Below, one piece after another: positions 1 through 8,663 of a DNA stretch of 64,000 bases (position 1 is the stretch's first letter; the number at the start of each line of letters is the position of its first letter). The stretch is taken from NCBI GenBank assembly GCA_030605345.1, contig JAUWIN010000001.1, positions 5,253 through 69,252 of the forward strand, in the 5' to 3' direction. The stretch is from Candidatus Brocadiia bacterium (lineage in GTDB: Bacteria > Planctomycetota > PUPC01). The notes beneath the pieces are model-generated. The model made no database searches. It was not told where the DNA came from and saw only the letters and a list, made by a program, of their open reading frames with translations. Position numbers and translations under genes: made by a program.

Positions 1-1
1 A

Positions 2-235
2 CTGCTTAACAAGGCGCTCCGGGGTTATGAACTCGCCGTCAAGAAGCAGCCTGAATACGCCCCGGCTTACCTGACGGCGGCGAGGGTCCTGGAGGACGAG
101 AAAGACTACCAAGCCGCGGCCGAATGGTACGAGAAACTCCTCGAAGTATCGAAAGGGGAGGCGACAGTCGGAGCCCTGGCGCCTGACCGCTCCCGGTATG
201 CGTTGCAGGCCGCCGCCGAATTGGCCTGGCTCTAG
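2..235 (+). CDS. TPR-repeat protein, 5'-partial; open from window edge, ends at in-frame TAG (233-235)
   Basis: Frame-2 translation LLNKALRGYELAVKKQPEYAPAYLTAARVLEDEKDYQAAAEWYEKLL... shows TPR-like W-LG-Y/A-F-A-P spacing. The same frame continues into the 287..562 ORF. Confidence 0.4.
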   Translation: MLNKALRGYELAVKKQPEYAPAYLTAARVLEDEKDYQAAAEWYEKLLEVSKGEATVGALAPDRSRYALQAAAELAWL

Positions 236-286
236 TGCGAATACCTTGACGACCTCGATCAGGCAACAAAATACGCCAAGACAGCG

Positions 287-562
287 ATGGAAATCGACGC
301 TAACCTACCCAGCCTCATTGATACGGTGGGCTGGATTCATTACAAGGCCGGGGAATACGGCAAGGCAATACCCTATCTCCGTCGCTCCTTCAAAGCCCGA
401 CCGACCGACGCCACAGTTGCCTACCACCTCGCCGCAGCGCTCGAGAAACACAACAATCCCGAACGTGCGAAGGAGGTACTGCAAAAGGCCATAGAACACG
501 TCGGAGACGACGCCGACCTGAAAGCCAAAATGGAAAAGCTCCTCAGGGCCGTCGGCGGATAA
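287..562 (+). CDS. TPR-repeat protein fragment (same frame as 2..235; possibly one gene interrupted by a stop)
   Basis: ORF track 91 aa; TPR-like sequence GWIHYKAGEYGKAIPYLRRSFKARPTDATVAYHLAAAL. It is in frame with the upstream partial ORF. Confidence 0.4.
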   Translation: MEIDANLPSLIDTVGWIHYKAGEYGKAIPYLRRSFKARPTDATVAYHLAAALEKHNNPERAKEVLQKAIEHVGDDADLKAKMEKLLRAVGG

Positions 563-603
563 CCATCCTACGGTCCATAGGGCCGCTGTTATCTGCGGGA
601 CAT

Positions 604-632
604 TTGCCTCACGGAAGGACATGGTGTATAAT
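604..632 (+). promoter_or_regulatory. sigma-70-like promoter (TTGCCT-N17-TATAAT) upstream of the DJ-1/PfpI gene
   Basis: TTGCCT at 604-609, 17-nt spacer, TATAAT at 627-632. Sits ~90 nt before the ATG at 721. Confidence 0.35.
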
Positions 633-720
633 TACTACAATAATAGAATCAGTTCCCGGGACCAGCGGGTGGTCAGGGAGCCAACTTCCAGAAAAGTTTC
701 AGGAGGCCAAATTGTCAAAG

Positions 721-1338
721 ATGAAAGGTTACTCCGTTACGGCAATGTGCGCCATTGTGCTGGTCGCATTCTCGGGCTGCAAGCAGCAGCAGGAGGAGGA
801 AATGATTGATCTGACAGGAAAGGACGTGTTGATGGTCGTAGCCAGCAACGATTTCCGAGACGAAGAGTACCGCGAACCTGCCGAGGCGCTGGCGCGAGCC
901 AAGGCGGGGGTGGACATTGCCTCCTCCTCGAAAAAGGTCTCCACCGGCATGCTGGGCCATACCGTCACGCCGGACCTGCTGTTGTCAGAGGTGGACGTTT
1001 CCAAGTATGCGGCGGTCATCTTCGTCGGCGGGCGCGGAGCGAGCGAATACTTCGACGACCCTACGGCGCACAAAATCGCCCAAGACGCCGCCGCAGATGG
1101 CAAGTTGGTCTGCGCCATCTGCATCGCGCCTTCAACGCTCGCCAATGCTGGCCTACTGGAGGGGAAAAAGGCCACCTGCTTCCGGTCCGAGAAGGACAAC
1201 CTGACCAAGAAAGGAGCACAGGTTGTCGAGCAGGGAGTGGTTCGCGATGGCAACATCATCACTGCCGACGGCCCTGAAAGCGCCAAGGCTTTCGCTAAGG
1301 CCGTGTGCGAGGCGCTGGCGGAGAGGGAGAATAAATAG
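721..1338 (+). CDS. DJ-1/PfpI family protein (class I glutamine amidotransferase-like), predicted lipoprotein
   Basis: Start MKGYSVTAMCAIVLVAFSGC gives a signal peptide plus lipobox. The nucleophile-elbow motif AICIAP and overall DJ-1/PfpI architecture are present. A longer upstream start exists in the ORF track. Confidence 0.75.
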   Translation: MKGYSVTAMCAIVLVAFSGCKQQQEEEMIDLTGKDVLMVVASNDFRDEEYREPAEALARAKAGVDIASSSKKVSTGMLGHTVTPDLLLSEVDVSKYAAVIFVGGRGASEYFDDPTAHKIAQDAAADGKLVCAICIAPSTLANAGLLEGKKATCFRSEKDNLTKKGAQVVEQGVVRDGNIITADGPESAKAFAKAVCEALAERENK

Positions 1339-1592
1339 GCCGGCTGCGGGAACACCGAACTGCGGGGACAGGCCGCACCGAAACGCTGACAGCGAAGCCC
1401 CACCCATAACGCCATCCTTGGTTGTCAAGCCGGAGTACGCCAGCTTCACCACGGGCGCGAACATGCCTGGCTGGCGGCGTGGGGATTGACAACCGCTGAC
1501 CGAATTGCCAAAATAGAACTTCCTTGGCTGGCAGACGACCGCCAGTTGCGTCTCTAGCACCAGGCCGCAAGGCAATAGGGCTACCGGAGCAC

Positions 1593-2678
1593 ATGACAAG
1601 CTTCGCGCGCATGACCACTACATTGGCACTCAAACCGGTGGACCACGTCCCGGTAGTGGTGAGCCCGTGGGCGGCCACAACTGAGCGGTGGCGAAAGGAA
1701 GGCCATATCGGCGCCGAAGAGGATGTCGCCGAGCACTTCGGCCAGGACCTCCGCACCGGCGGATGGATCGACAGCACCGCCGATATGGATTTCGAGTCGG
1801 TCGTCATAGAGGAAACTGACGAAACTATACTCACGCTGGATGGTAATGGTGCGCAGCTCCGCCGGCACAAACTTCACGAGAGCACACCCGAGCACGTGGA
1901 CTTCGCGGTAAAGGAACGCATTGCCTGGGAGGAAAAGGTCAGGCCGCATCTTCTCGAGGTTGATCGACGCCGGATTCCGTTTGGGGCTTATCGCGAAGCG
2001 CGCCGCTCGGCCGCGGAAAAGAAACTCTTCTTCTGCTGGGAAGGGGGAGCGCCGTTTGAACAAATGTGCGCAGTCTGCGGCCACGAATATATGCTGATGG
2101 GCATGGCCACAGACCCCGATTGGGTCAGAGACATGGTGATCACATTTGCGCGCCTCAACGTTATGCACCAGGAAGTGCTCTTCGCCGAAGAGGGCCTGCC
2201 CAACGGGGTGTTCTACAACGAGGACATGGGATTCAAGTACAAGCCTTTTATGTCACCGCAGATGTACGAAGAAATCGTCCTTCCTGGCCACAAACTGCTG
2301 TTCGAAGCGGCGCACGCCGAGGGCCTGAAGGTGCTCGTGCATTCGTGCGGCTTTGTCGAGCCGCTGGTGCCGGGGCTAATTGAGGCCGGGATGGACTGTC
2401 TCCAGGCGATGGAAGTAAAAGCCGGCATGGACGTCCTCCGGCTGTTCGACCGTTTCGGCGAGCGGATTTCCTTTTTTGGAAACATCGACGTGCGCACTTT
2501 GGTCGCCAATGATCGTGCTGCGATTGAAAAAGAGCTGCTCACGAAAATTCCGCCGATCATCAATCACGGTGGCGGCTACATTCTGCATTCCGATCATTCC
2601 GAACCGCCTGAAGTCGACTACGAGACCATGCGCTTTTTCGTCGACCGCGGCCGCGAGATCGGAACGCCGAAACCCTAG
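1593..2678 (+). CDS. uroporphyrinogen decarboxylase-like (URO-D/MtaA-fold) family protein, paralog 1
   Basis: HSCGFVEPLVPGLIEAGMDCLQAMEVKAGMD, FFGNIDVRTL and a C-terminal HSDHS...EVDYETMRFFV are typical of the URO-D/methylcobamide:CoM methyltransferase-like fold. Internal start MTSFARM chosen. Confidence 0.7.
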   Translation: MTSFARMTTTLALKPVDHVPVVVSPWAATTERWRKEGHIGAEEDVAEHFGQDLRTGGWIDSTADMDFESVVIEETDETILTLDGNGAQLRRHKLHESTPEHVDFAVKERIAWEEKVRPHLLEVDRRRIPFGAYREARRSAAEKKLFFCWEGGAPFEQMCAVCGHEYMLMGMATDPDWVRDMVITFARLNVMHQEVLFAEEGLPNGVFYNEDMGFKYKPFMSPQMYEEIVLPGHKLLFEAAHAEGLKVLVHSCGFVEPLVPGLIEAGMDCLQAMEVKAGMDVLRLFDRFGERISFFGNIDVRTLVANDRAAIEKELLTKIPPIINHGGGYILHSDHSEPPEVDYETMRFFVDRGREIGTPKP

Positions 2679-2716
2679 AAACCCCACATCGGTCTGAAAG
2701 GAAAAGGAGGGATGTC

Positions 2717-3832
2717 TTGACCAAGAAACAGCGATTTCTGGCGGCGGTTCGAGGAGAAGTGCCCGACGTAGTGCCGGTGTCACCGCTTATCCACTGGCGG
2801 TTCGCCAACAAGGTGCTCGGCCGGTGGGATTGGAAGGCCGTATTCGAAGTGCATCAGATGATCGGATCGGTGCACCACCGCGGTCCAATCGGCGTGAGCG
2901 TGCATTCCTCCCTGCCCGACGGGTGTGGATCGGAGCAGCGTGAAATCAAACGCTCGCCCGATGGGCGCGTCGAGAGCGAATGGATCATCCGCACGCCCAA
3001 GCGGACCCTGCGCGGCAAGATTGAGAGGGGCCTGATCCCCCACGAACCCCTGGTGGGGAAGGCGGTGGAGTATCCCGTGAAGTCGGCGGAGTACTGGCGA
3101 GCCTACCTCGAGCTTCGGCAAGCCTGGCTGGAAAACATCACCGGCCCGGCGGTCGAACACTTCGACGAAGTGGTGAAAACGATGGGCGAGGAGGGCGTCC
3201 CGAGCGTAGCTCTCGGGCCAGCCCACAGCGCGCTGGGTGGCGTCCGGGGTATGGCTGAGTTCATCATGGATTTGCATGACTATCCGGACCTGATGGACGA
3301 ACTCTTCGAGGTCGAGCGGCAGATTACGGACAAGTGCATCGATGCGTTTCTGGCCGCGCCGACCGAAGTCGCGTGGCTCGACATCTGCTGGGCGACCGGA
3401 TCAAATCTGGGGCCGGAGCGGTTCAAACGATGGGCGCAGCCCGACGTGGAACGCGCCATGGACAGGGTGCGCGGGGTTCCGAACAAATACCTTGGCCTCT
3501 ACACCCTCGGCAGGATCCGCCACCTGTTGCCCATGTTTGCCGACGCAGGGGTGGATTTCGTCGAGACCTTCGAGCCGAACGAGGGCGACATTACCCTGGC
3601 GGAGGCCAAGAAGCTCTACGGGAAAAAGATGTGCTTGATGGGCAATTTCGACTGCACGATCCTCTCGTTCGGGACGGTAGAGGAGGCGCGGCAGGAAACG
3701 CGGCGCTGCCTGCGCGAGGGAATGGCCGACGGCGGATATGTGCTCGTGACCGGTGACGAAGTGCCCGCCGACACGAAAATGGACAGCCTGAAAGCAAGGG
3801 TTGAGACGGTCGAAGAGCACGGTCGGTACTAG
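2717..3832 (+). CDS. uroporphyrinogen decarboxylase-like (URO-D/MtaA-fold) family protein, paralog 2
   Basis: TTG start preceded by AAGGAGG (2704-2710). Motif ...KKMCLMGNFDCTIL...GYVLVTGDEVPADT; tandem with paralog 1 after a 38-nt gap. Confidence 0.7.
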   Translation: MTKKQRFLAAVRGEVPDVVPVSPLIHWRFANKVLGRWDWKAVFEVHQMIGSVHHRGPIGVSVHSSLPDGCGSEQREIKRSPDGRVESEWIIRTPKRTLRGKIERGLIPHEPLVGKAVEYPVKSAEYWRAYLELRQAWLENITGPAVEHFDEVVKTMGEEGVPSVALGPAHSALGGVRGMAEFIMDLHDYPDLMDELFEVERQITDKCIDAFLAAPTEVAWLDICWATGSNLGPERFKRWAQPDVERAMDRVRGVPNKYLGLYTLGRIRHLLPMFADAGVDFVETFEPNEGDITLAEAKKLYGKKMCLMGNFDCTILSFGTVEEARQETRRCLREGMADGGYVLVTGDEVPADTKMDSLKARVETVEEHGRY

Positions 3833-3873
3833 CTGACGTCCGCCCGGCCTTCACCCCCCAAAGGAGACCTACT

Positions 3874-5028
3874 ATGCCACAACGCTGCTTCGGTGAAGAA
3901 GAGCTGGCCAACCTGCGCGAGGTGATTGAGAGCGGCGAGCTCTGGCGCGGGGTAAGAGGTAAGTTTGTTGGCCGATTTGAGGACGAGTTCGGCCAGTGGC
4001 TGGGCCGAAAGTACGTGCTGGGGATCTGCTCAGGTACCTGCGCCGAGGAAACCGCCGTCGCCAGTCTGGGCCTGGAGCTGGGTGACGAAGTCATCTGTCC
4101 CGCAAGCGCGCCGATCTTCGTATCCTTCCCCGTTATCAGCGTGGGGTGCGTGCCGGTCTTCGCCGATGTTGACCCGCGGACGCTCATCATCTCGCCAGAA
4201 GGCATCGAGGCCCGGATCACCGAGCGCACCCGCGCCGTGCTCGTAGTCCATCTCTGGGGTACGCCGGCGCCGATGGACGAGATCATGGCCGTAGCCCAGC
4301 GCCATAACCTCAAAGTTATTGAAGACTGCGCGCAAGCCTACGGCGCTTGCCACCGAGGACGAAAGGTCGGCACCATCGGTGACGTGGCCTGCTTCAGCCT
4401 TCAGCAAAGCAAACACATCACGGCCGGGGAAGGCGGCATCATCGCCACCGATGACCCGGAAATCTATAAGCGCGCCGTGCTGTTCTCAAACGTCGGAATG
4501 CCCTGGCTCTACCAGTATGGGCTCGAGCAGCCGACGTCCGAGCCGCTGAACGGGCTGCGACGACGGGGCCATTTCGCCTTCGGCCACAACTACCGCATGA
4601 GCGAACTCCAGGGGGCAGTGATGGTGGCTCAGTTGGCCAAGTTGCCGGAGTTCAATGCCCGACGTAAAAAACTTGTCGAAATCATCGAAACTGAGTTGGG
4701 CGATGTACCCGGTGTGGAGCTGGCTCACGTCTATCCGAACACCGAGCCGAACTTCTGGATCTATCCGCTTCGCGTGCCAGAGGCGTTGGGAGACTACGCG
4801 GAGATTAACTATCTTGAGGCGGAGTTCCAGAAGATGCAGAGAACCCGCCGCACGTCACTGGGGATTCCGCTGCCGGACTACGTGCAGTACAAGCCCGGCG
4901 AGTGTCCCCAAGCCGAAGCTGCCAGCAAGGGGTTCGGTGGCATCGATGTCAGCCACGCGACAGACCCCGAAGATATGCGCCAAGCAGCGCGAAACATCCG
5001 CGAAAAGGCCGACAAGCTTTCCGGATAG
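3874..5028 (+). CDS. DegT/DnrJ/EryC1/StrS family PLP-dependent aminotransferase or dehydratase
   Basis: Family-typical stretches VLVVHLWGTPAPMDEIMAVAQRHNLKVIEDCAQAYGA and SLQQSKHITAGEGGIIATDD (PLP lysine region). Confidence 0.75.
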   Translation: MPQRCFGEEELANLREVIESGELWRGVRGKFVGRFEDEFGQWLGRKYVLGICSGTCAEETAVASLGLELGDEVICPASAPIFVSFPVISVGCVPVFADVDPRTLIISPEGIEARITERTRAVLVVHLWGTPAPMDEIMAVAQRHNLKVIEDCAQAYGACHRGRKVGTIGDVACFSLQQSKHITAGEGGIIATDDPEIYKRAVLFSNVGMPWLYQYGLEQPTSEPLNGLRRRGHFAFGHNYRMSELQGAVMVAQLAKLPEFNARRKKLVEIIETELGDVPGVELAHVYPNTEPNFWIYPLRVPEALGDYAEINYLEAEFQKMQRTRRTSLGIPLPDYVQYKPGECPQAEAASKGFGGIDVSHATDPEDMRQAARNIREKADKLSG

Positions 5029-5122
5029 ACTGTTCGGCAGGCCCAATCCCGCGCGAGCTGGGAACTGCTGATTTTACAAGAATCTGAGCGAGGCCGTCCT
5101 CGGCGCCAAACCAAAGAACAGG

Positions 5123-6559
5123 ATGGACAAAATGAGTAATCGCACAGACAGTGGTAGTGATTCGGCGGACCGGTTCGAGCCGACCGTGACATCACTTCAG
5201 AACAACTATAAGTGTCCGGAATGGTTTCGGGATGCCAAGTTCGGGATTTATCTGCACTGGGGGGTGTACTCGGTGGCGGAGCGGGCCGAATGGTACGGAA
5301 GGCAGATGTACATACCTGACGACCCGGTGTACGAGCACCACGTCAAGACATACGGGCACCCGTCCGAGTTCGGCTACAAAGATTTCATCCCCATGTGGAA
5401 AGCCGAAAAGTTCGACCCGGACCGCCTGGTGGGGCTTTTCAAGCAGGCCGGGGCCAGGTATTTCACCCCGTGTGCGGTGCATCACGACAACTTCGACCTA
5501 TGGAATTCCAAACATCATAGATGGAATTCGGTGAACATGGGACCGAAGAAGGACATCATCGGAATGTGGCGGGAGGCGACACTGAAGCACGGGCTTCGAT
5601 TTGGCGTCACCACGCATCTGGCCCGGTCTTACAGTTGGTTCAATGTCAATAAGGGCGCCGACACCGACGGGCCATACAAGGGCGTGCCCTACGACGGCAA
5701 TGATCCCGCCTATCGGGAGTTCTACTTCGAGCCGCACGACGACACCGACCACCGCCAGCCCATCAACCCGCCCGAACACTGGCGAAGGGAGTGGGCGCTT
5801 CGCATCAAAGACCTGATTGACCACTATCAGCCCGACCACCTCTACTTCGACGGCGGAATTCCGTTCCAGGGTGATGACGCGGCCAGGACAGGGCTCGAAG
5901 TCGTAGCGCACTATTACAACCAGAACGCGCGCCGGCACGGAGGTCGGCAGGAAGGCGTGATGTGCATCAAAAATTGCGCCGGGCACGGGCTTTACGTTGA
6001 CGGTATTACCACGCTCGACCTCGAGTGTGCCCGGGCCGACGACATCCAGCAGGCTCCGTGGCAGACGGATACCTCCATCGGCCCCTGGGGCTATTTGGCA
6101 GGGGCGAAGTATCGACCTGTCCGCGAGATTGTTCACGAACTCATAGACATCGTCAGCAAGAACGGGAACCTCCTTCTCAATGTCCCGCCAAAGGCAAACG
6201 GAACGCTGGACAAACAGACAGAACAAATCCTGTCAGACATCGGCCGGTGGATGGAAGTGAACGGAGAGGCGATCTATGGTACCAGGCCCTGGGGCAGGTA
6301 TGGCGAAGGGCAGCTGCGTTTCACCCGTAAGGACGACACGTTATATGTGATCGCACTCGAATGGCCCGCCGCCGGCGAAGGGCTGGCCGTGCCATCCCTA
6401 GGCGGACAGGCCGGAGCGTCGAAGGTTTCTGACGTGACCTTGCTGGGGTGCCCGGAACCTGTCGAATGGGAACAAAATGACAAAGAGTTGCGAATTGCTC
6501 CCCCCGCAGCGCCGCCGTGTGAACATGCATACTCGTTCCGGGTGAAGTTCGCCAGATAG
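5123..6559 (+). CDS. alpha-L-fucosidase (glycoside hydrolase family 29)
   Basis: N-terminal WFRDAKFGIYLHWGVYSV is the GH29 signature; 478 aa is the expected size. Confidence 0.8.
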   Translation: MDKMSNRTDSGSDSADRFEPTVTSLQNNYKCPEWFRDAKFGIYLHWGVYSVAERAEWYGRQMYIPDDPVYEHHVKTYGHPSEFGYKDFIPMWKAEKFDPDRLVGLFKQAGARYFTPCAVHHDNFDLWNSKHHRWNSVNMGPKKDIIGMWREATLKHGLRFGVTTHLARSYSWFNVNKGADTDGPYKGVPYDGNDPAYREFYFEPHDDTDHRQPINPPEHWRREWALRIKDLIDHYQPDHLYFDGGIPFQGDDAARTGLEVVAHYYNQNARRHGGRQEGVMCIKNCAGHGLYVDGITTLDLECARADDIQQAPWQTDTSIGPWGYLAGAKYRPVREIVHELIDIVSKNGNLLLNVPPKANGTLDKQTEQILSDIGRWMEVNGEAIYGTRPWGRYGEGQLRFTRKDDTLYVIALEWPAAGEGLAVPSLGGQAGASKVSDVTLLGCPEPVEWEQNDKELRIAPPAAPPCEHAYSFRVKFAR

Positions 6560-6711
6560 CAAACGGGAAACCCCATTCGCCCTGGCCGCACACACAGGTC
6601 CGGGCTGAAAACCGAATTGGTCTGTCCCTCAATTCCACGCCTCTGGGCTGCCCTGAACGCTGCCCATCGTGCCTCTCCTCCCCTTCTGCCACCCACCTGT
6701 TTGGGACCGGC

Positions 6712-6740
6712 TTGACAACCGGTTCGCTGCGAATATTATA
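6712..6740 (+). promoter_or_regulatory. sigma-70-like promoter (TTGACA-N16-TATTAT) upstream of the MinD/ferredoxin ATPase gene
   Basis: TTGACA at 6712-6717 and TATTAT at 6734-6739, ~30 nt before the AAGGA RBS and the ATG at 6771. Confidence 0.4.
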
Positions 6741-6770
6741 TTCCGACGGTCGAATATATAAGGAACAACC

Positions 6771-8594
6771 ATGAAGATTGCTATTTCGAGTGGAAAAGGC
6801 GGAACAGGCAAGACTTTCATTGCGACCAACCTGGCCGCACTGCTCGCCCAACGTGGCCGCGGCGTCGTATATCTGGATTGCGACGTCGAGGAACCGAACG
6901 GCCACCTGTTCCTCAAGCCCGAGACGGAACGCACCGAACGCATGACCGTGCCCGCACCGGTCAGCATCGACGCGGACAAATGTATCGGATGCGGCAGATG
7001 TGCCGAGGTATGTCACTACAACGCCATCGCGGTGGTCAAGGACAAGGTGCTGCTGTTTGACGAATTATGCCACGCCTGCGGGGCGTGCAGCATTGTCTGC
7101 CCGGAGGGCGCGATTATCGAGGGCGACAAGGAGATTGGTCAGATCAAGCATGGCAGGAGCGGCGATATCGGCTTTCATTACGGTCTGCTGAAGACGGCGG
7201 TGGGTGGAATGTCGCCGCGCCTCATCGCCGCGCTCAAGAAATATGCCGGCGACGACATTACCATCCTGGATTCACCGCCCGGCACGGCGTGTTCCGCCGT
7301 CGAAACCGTTGCAGGCGCCGATTTGTGCCTCCTGGTTGCCGATCCTACGCCGTTCGCGGTGCACGACTTGAAGCTTGCGGTGAACATGTGCAGGCAAATC
7401 GGGCAGGAGCCTGCAGTGGTGGTCAATCGGGCAGGTCTTGATGATGCGGAACTCAGCCAATATTGCAGGAGGGCACAACTCGAGGTCGTCGGCGAGATAC
7501 CGGACAGCCGTCAGATCGCCGAGGTCTATTCCGTCGGTGACCTGGTCGTGGAAAAGTTGCCCGAGATTCGACCCTATTTCGAGAAGATTATCGAGCGGGC
7601 GCAAGCCCTGGCGGCGGCCGAGCGACCGGTGAAGACAGATTTGATCGAACCCCTGTTCCGTCCGGGCGGCGAACGCTCGAGGGCGAGAAAACCGGACCCG
7701 ACGGCGAAGAGGCCGGAAGAAGTGGTCATAATAAGCGGCAAAGGCGGCACAGGCAAAACCTCGCTTGCTGCGTGTTTCGCACAACTTGCCGCCCCGGGGC
7801 TGGTGTCTGACTGTGACGTGGACGCCGCCGACCTTCATCTCGTGCTGGACCCACAGGTACAGGAAGAGGGCGACTTCGTCGGCGGTGTGACCGTGGAAAT
7901 CGATCAGGAAAAATGCACCCGCTGCGGGAAGTGCAGGGAATCCTGCCGCTTCGATGCCATTACGCGCACTGACGACGGCCGCTACCTTGTCGACCAAGTC
8001 GCCTGCGAGGGGTGTGGTGTGTGCGAACTGGTCTGCGAAGATGACGCTGTGAAGATAGAGGACGATATCAACGGCAAGTGGTTTGTATCCGAGACGCGGT
8101 TCGGCCCCATGTCCCCCGCCATCCTGGGGCACGCGGAGGAAAACTCGGGCCGCCTGGTGACGCTGGTGCGCGATTTGGCCGCCGACCTTACCACCGCGGC
8201 ACGACAACCCGGAAATGTCCTCATAGACGGCTTACCCGGAACCGGCTGCCCGGTGATTGCCTCCGTCAGCGGTGTCCGATACGCCGTCATCGTGACTGAA
8301 CCCACCGTGTCCGGCCTGCACGACCTGCGACGGATACTCGACCTCACCCGTCACTTCAGGGTCAGGGCGGGCGTGATTGTCAACAAGGCGGACTTGAACC
8401 AGGAAATGACGGAAAAGATACGCACGGAGACCGAAGGGGTCGGCGCCGACTTGCTTGGCGAGATCGCCTATGACGATAATTTCACTCAAGCGCAGATGAA
8501 GCACAAGACACTCCTGGAGTACGATGGCGGAGAAACCGGGCCGGTGATTGCGTCGATCTGGGAGAAAATCACCAAACTGCTGAAAAAACCGTGA
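6771..8594 (+). CDS. tandem-duplicated MinD/ParA-superfamily P-loop ATPase with embedded 4Fe-4S ferredoxin domains (COG1149-like), fused dimer
   Basis: Two repeats of Walker A (ISSGKGGTGKT and IISGKGGTGKT), each followed by CIGCGRC...C..C...CP or CTRCGKC...CEGCGVC ferredoxin motifs and then a MinD-like core. Confidence 0.7.
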   Translation: MKIAISSGKGGTGKTFIATNLAALLAQRGRGVVYLDCDVEEPNGHLFLKPETERTERMTVPAPVSIDADKCIGCGRCAEVCHYNAIAVVKDKVLLFDELCHACGACSIVCPEGAIIEGDKEIGQIKHGRSGDIGFHYGLLKTAVGGMSPRLIAALKKYAGDDITILDSPPGTACSAVETVAGADLCLLVADPTPFAVHDLKLAVNMCRQIGQEPAVVVNRAGLDDAELSQYCRRAQLEVVGEIPDSRQIAEVYSVGDLVVEKLPEIRPYFEKIIERAQALAAAERPVKTDLIEPLFRPGGERSRARKPDPTAKRPEEVVIISGKGGTGKTSLAACFAQLAAPGLVSDCDVDAADLHLVLDPQVQEEGDFVGGVTVEIDQEKCTRCGKCRESCRFDAITRTDDGRYLVDQVACEGCGVCELVCEDDAVKIEDDINGKWFVSETRFGPMSPAILGHAEENSGRLVTLVRDLAADLTTAARQPGNVLIDGLPGTGCPVIASVSGVRYAVIVTEPTVSGLHDLRRILDLTRHFRVRAGVIVNKADLNQEMTEKIRTETEGVGADLLGEIAYDDNFTQAQMKHKTLLEYDGGETGPVIASIWEKITKLLKKP

Positions 8595-8663
8595 ACCGCG
8601 GGTTATTAGGGGAGTGCGGGGGCAAGTCCGTCCCAGCTGCGGAGCTGAGGTTGGAGTTAAGAA

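Noticed and set aside
729-1415. Long antisense ORFs in the six-frame track (e.g. 729-1415 -, 9511-10893 +, 11410-12687 +, 45234-47072 +, 53567-54868 +, 23108-24295 -)
   Set aside because: They lie fully inside well-supported genes on the opposite strand, have Arg/Ala/Pro-rich low-complexity translations typical of GC-rich shadow frames, and have no recognisable domains.
1484-1496. Recurrence of TTGACAACCG at 1487 and 6712 as a possible shared operator
   Set aside because: The 10-mer overlaps a -35-like TTGACA in both places, and a chance recurrence of a 10-mer in 128 kb of two-strand sequence is not negligible. Only two copies were seen.
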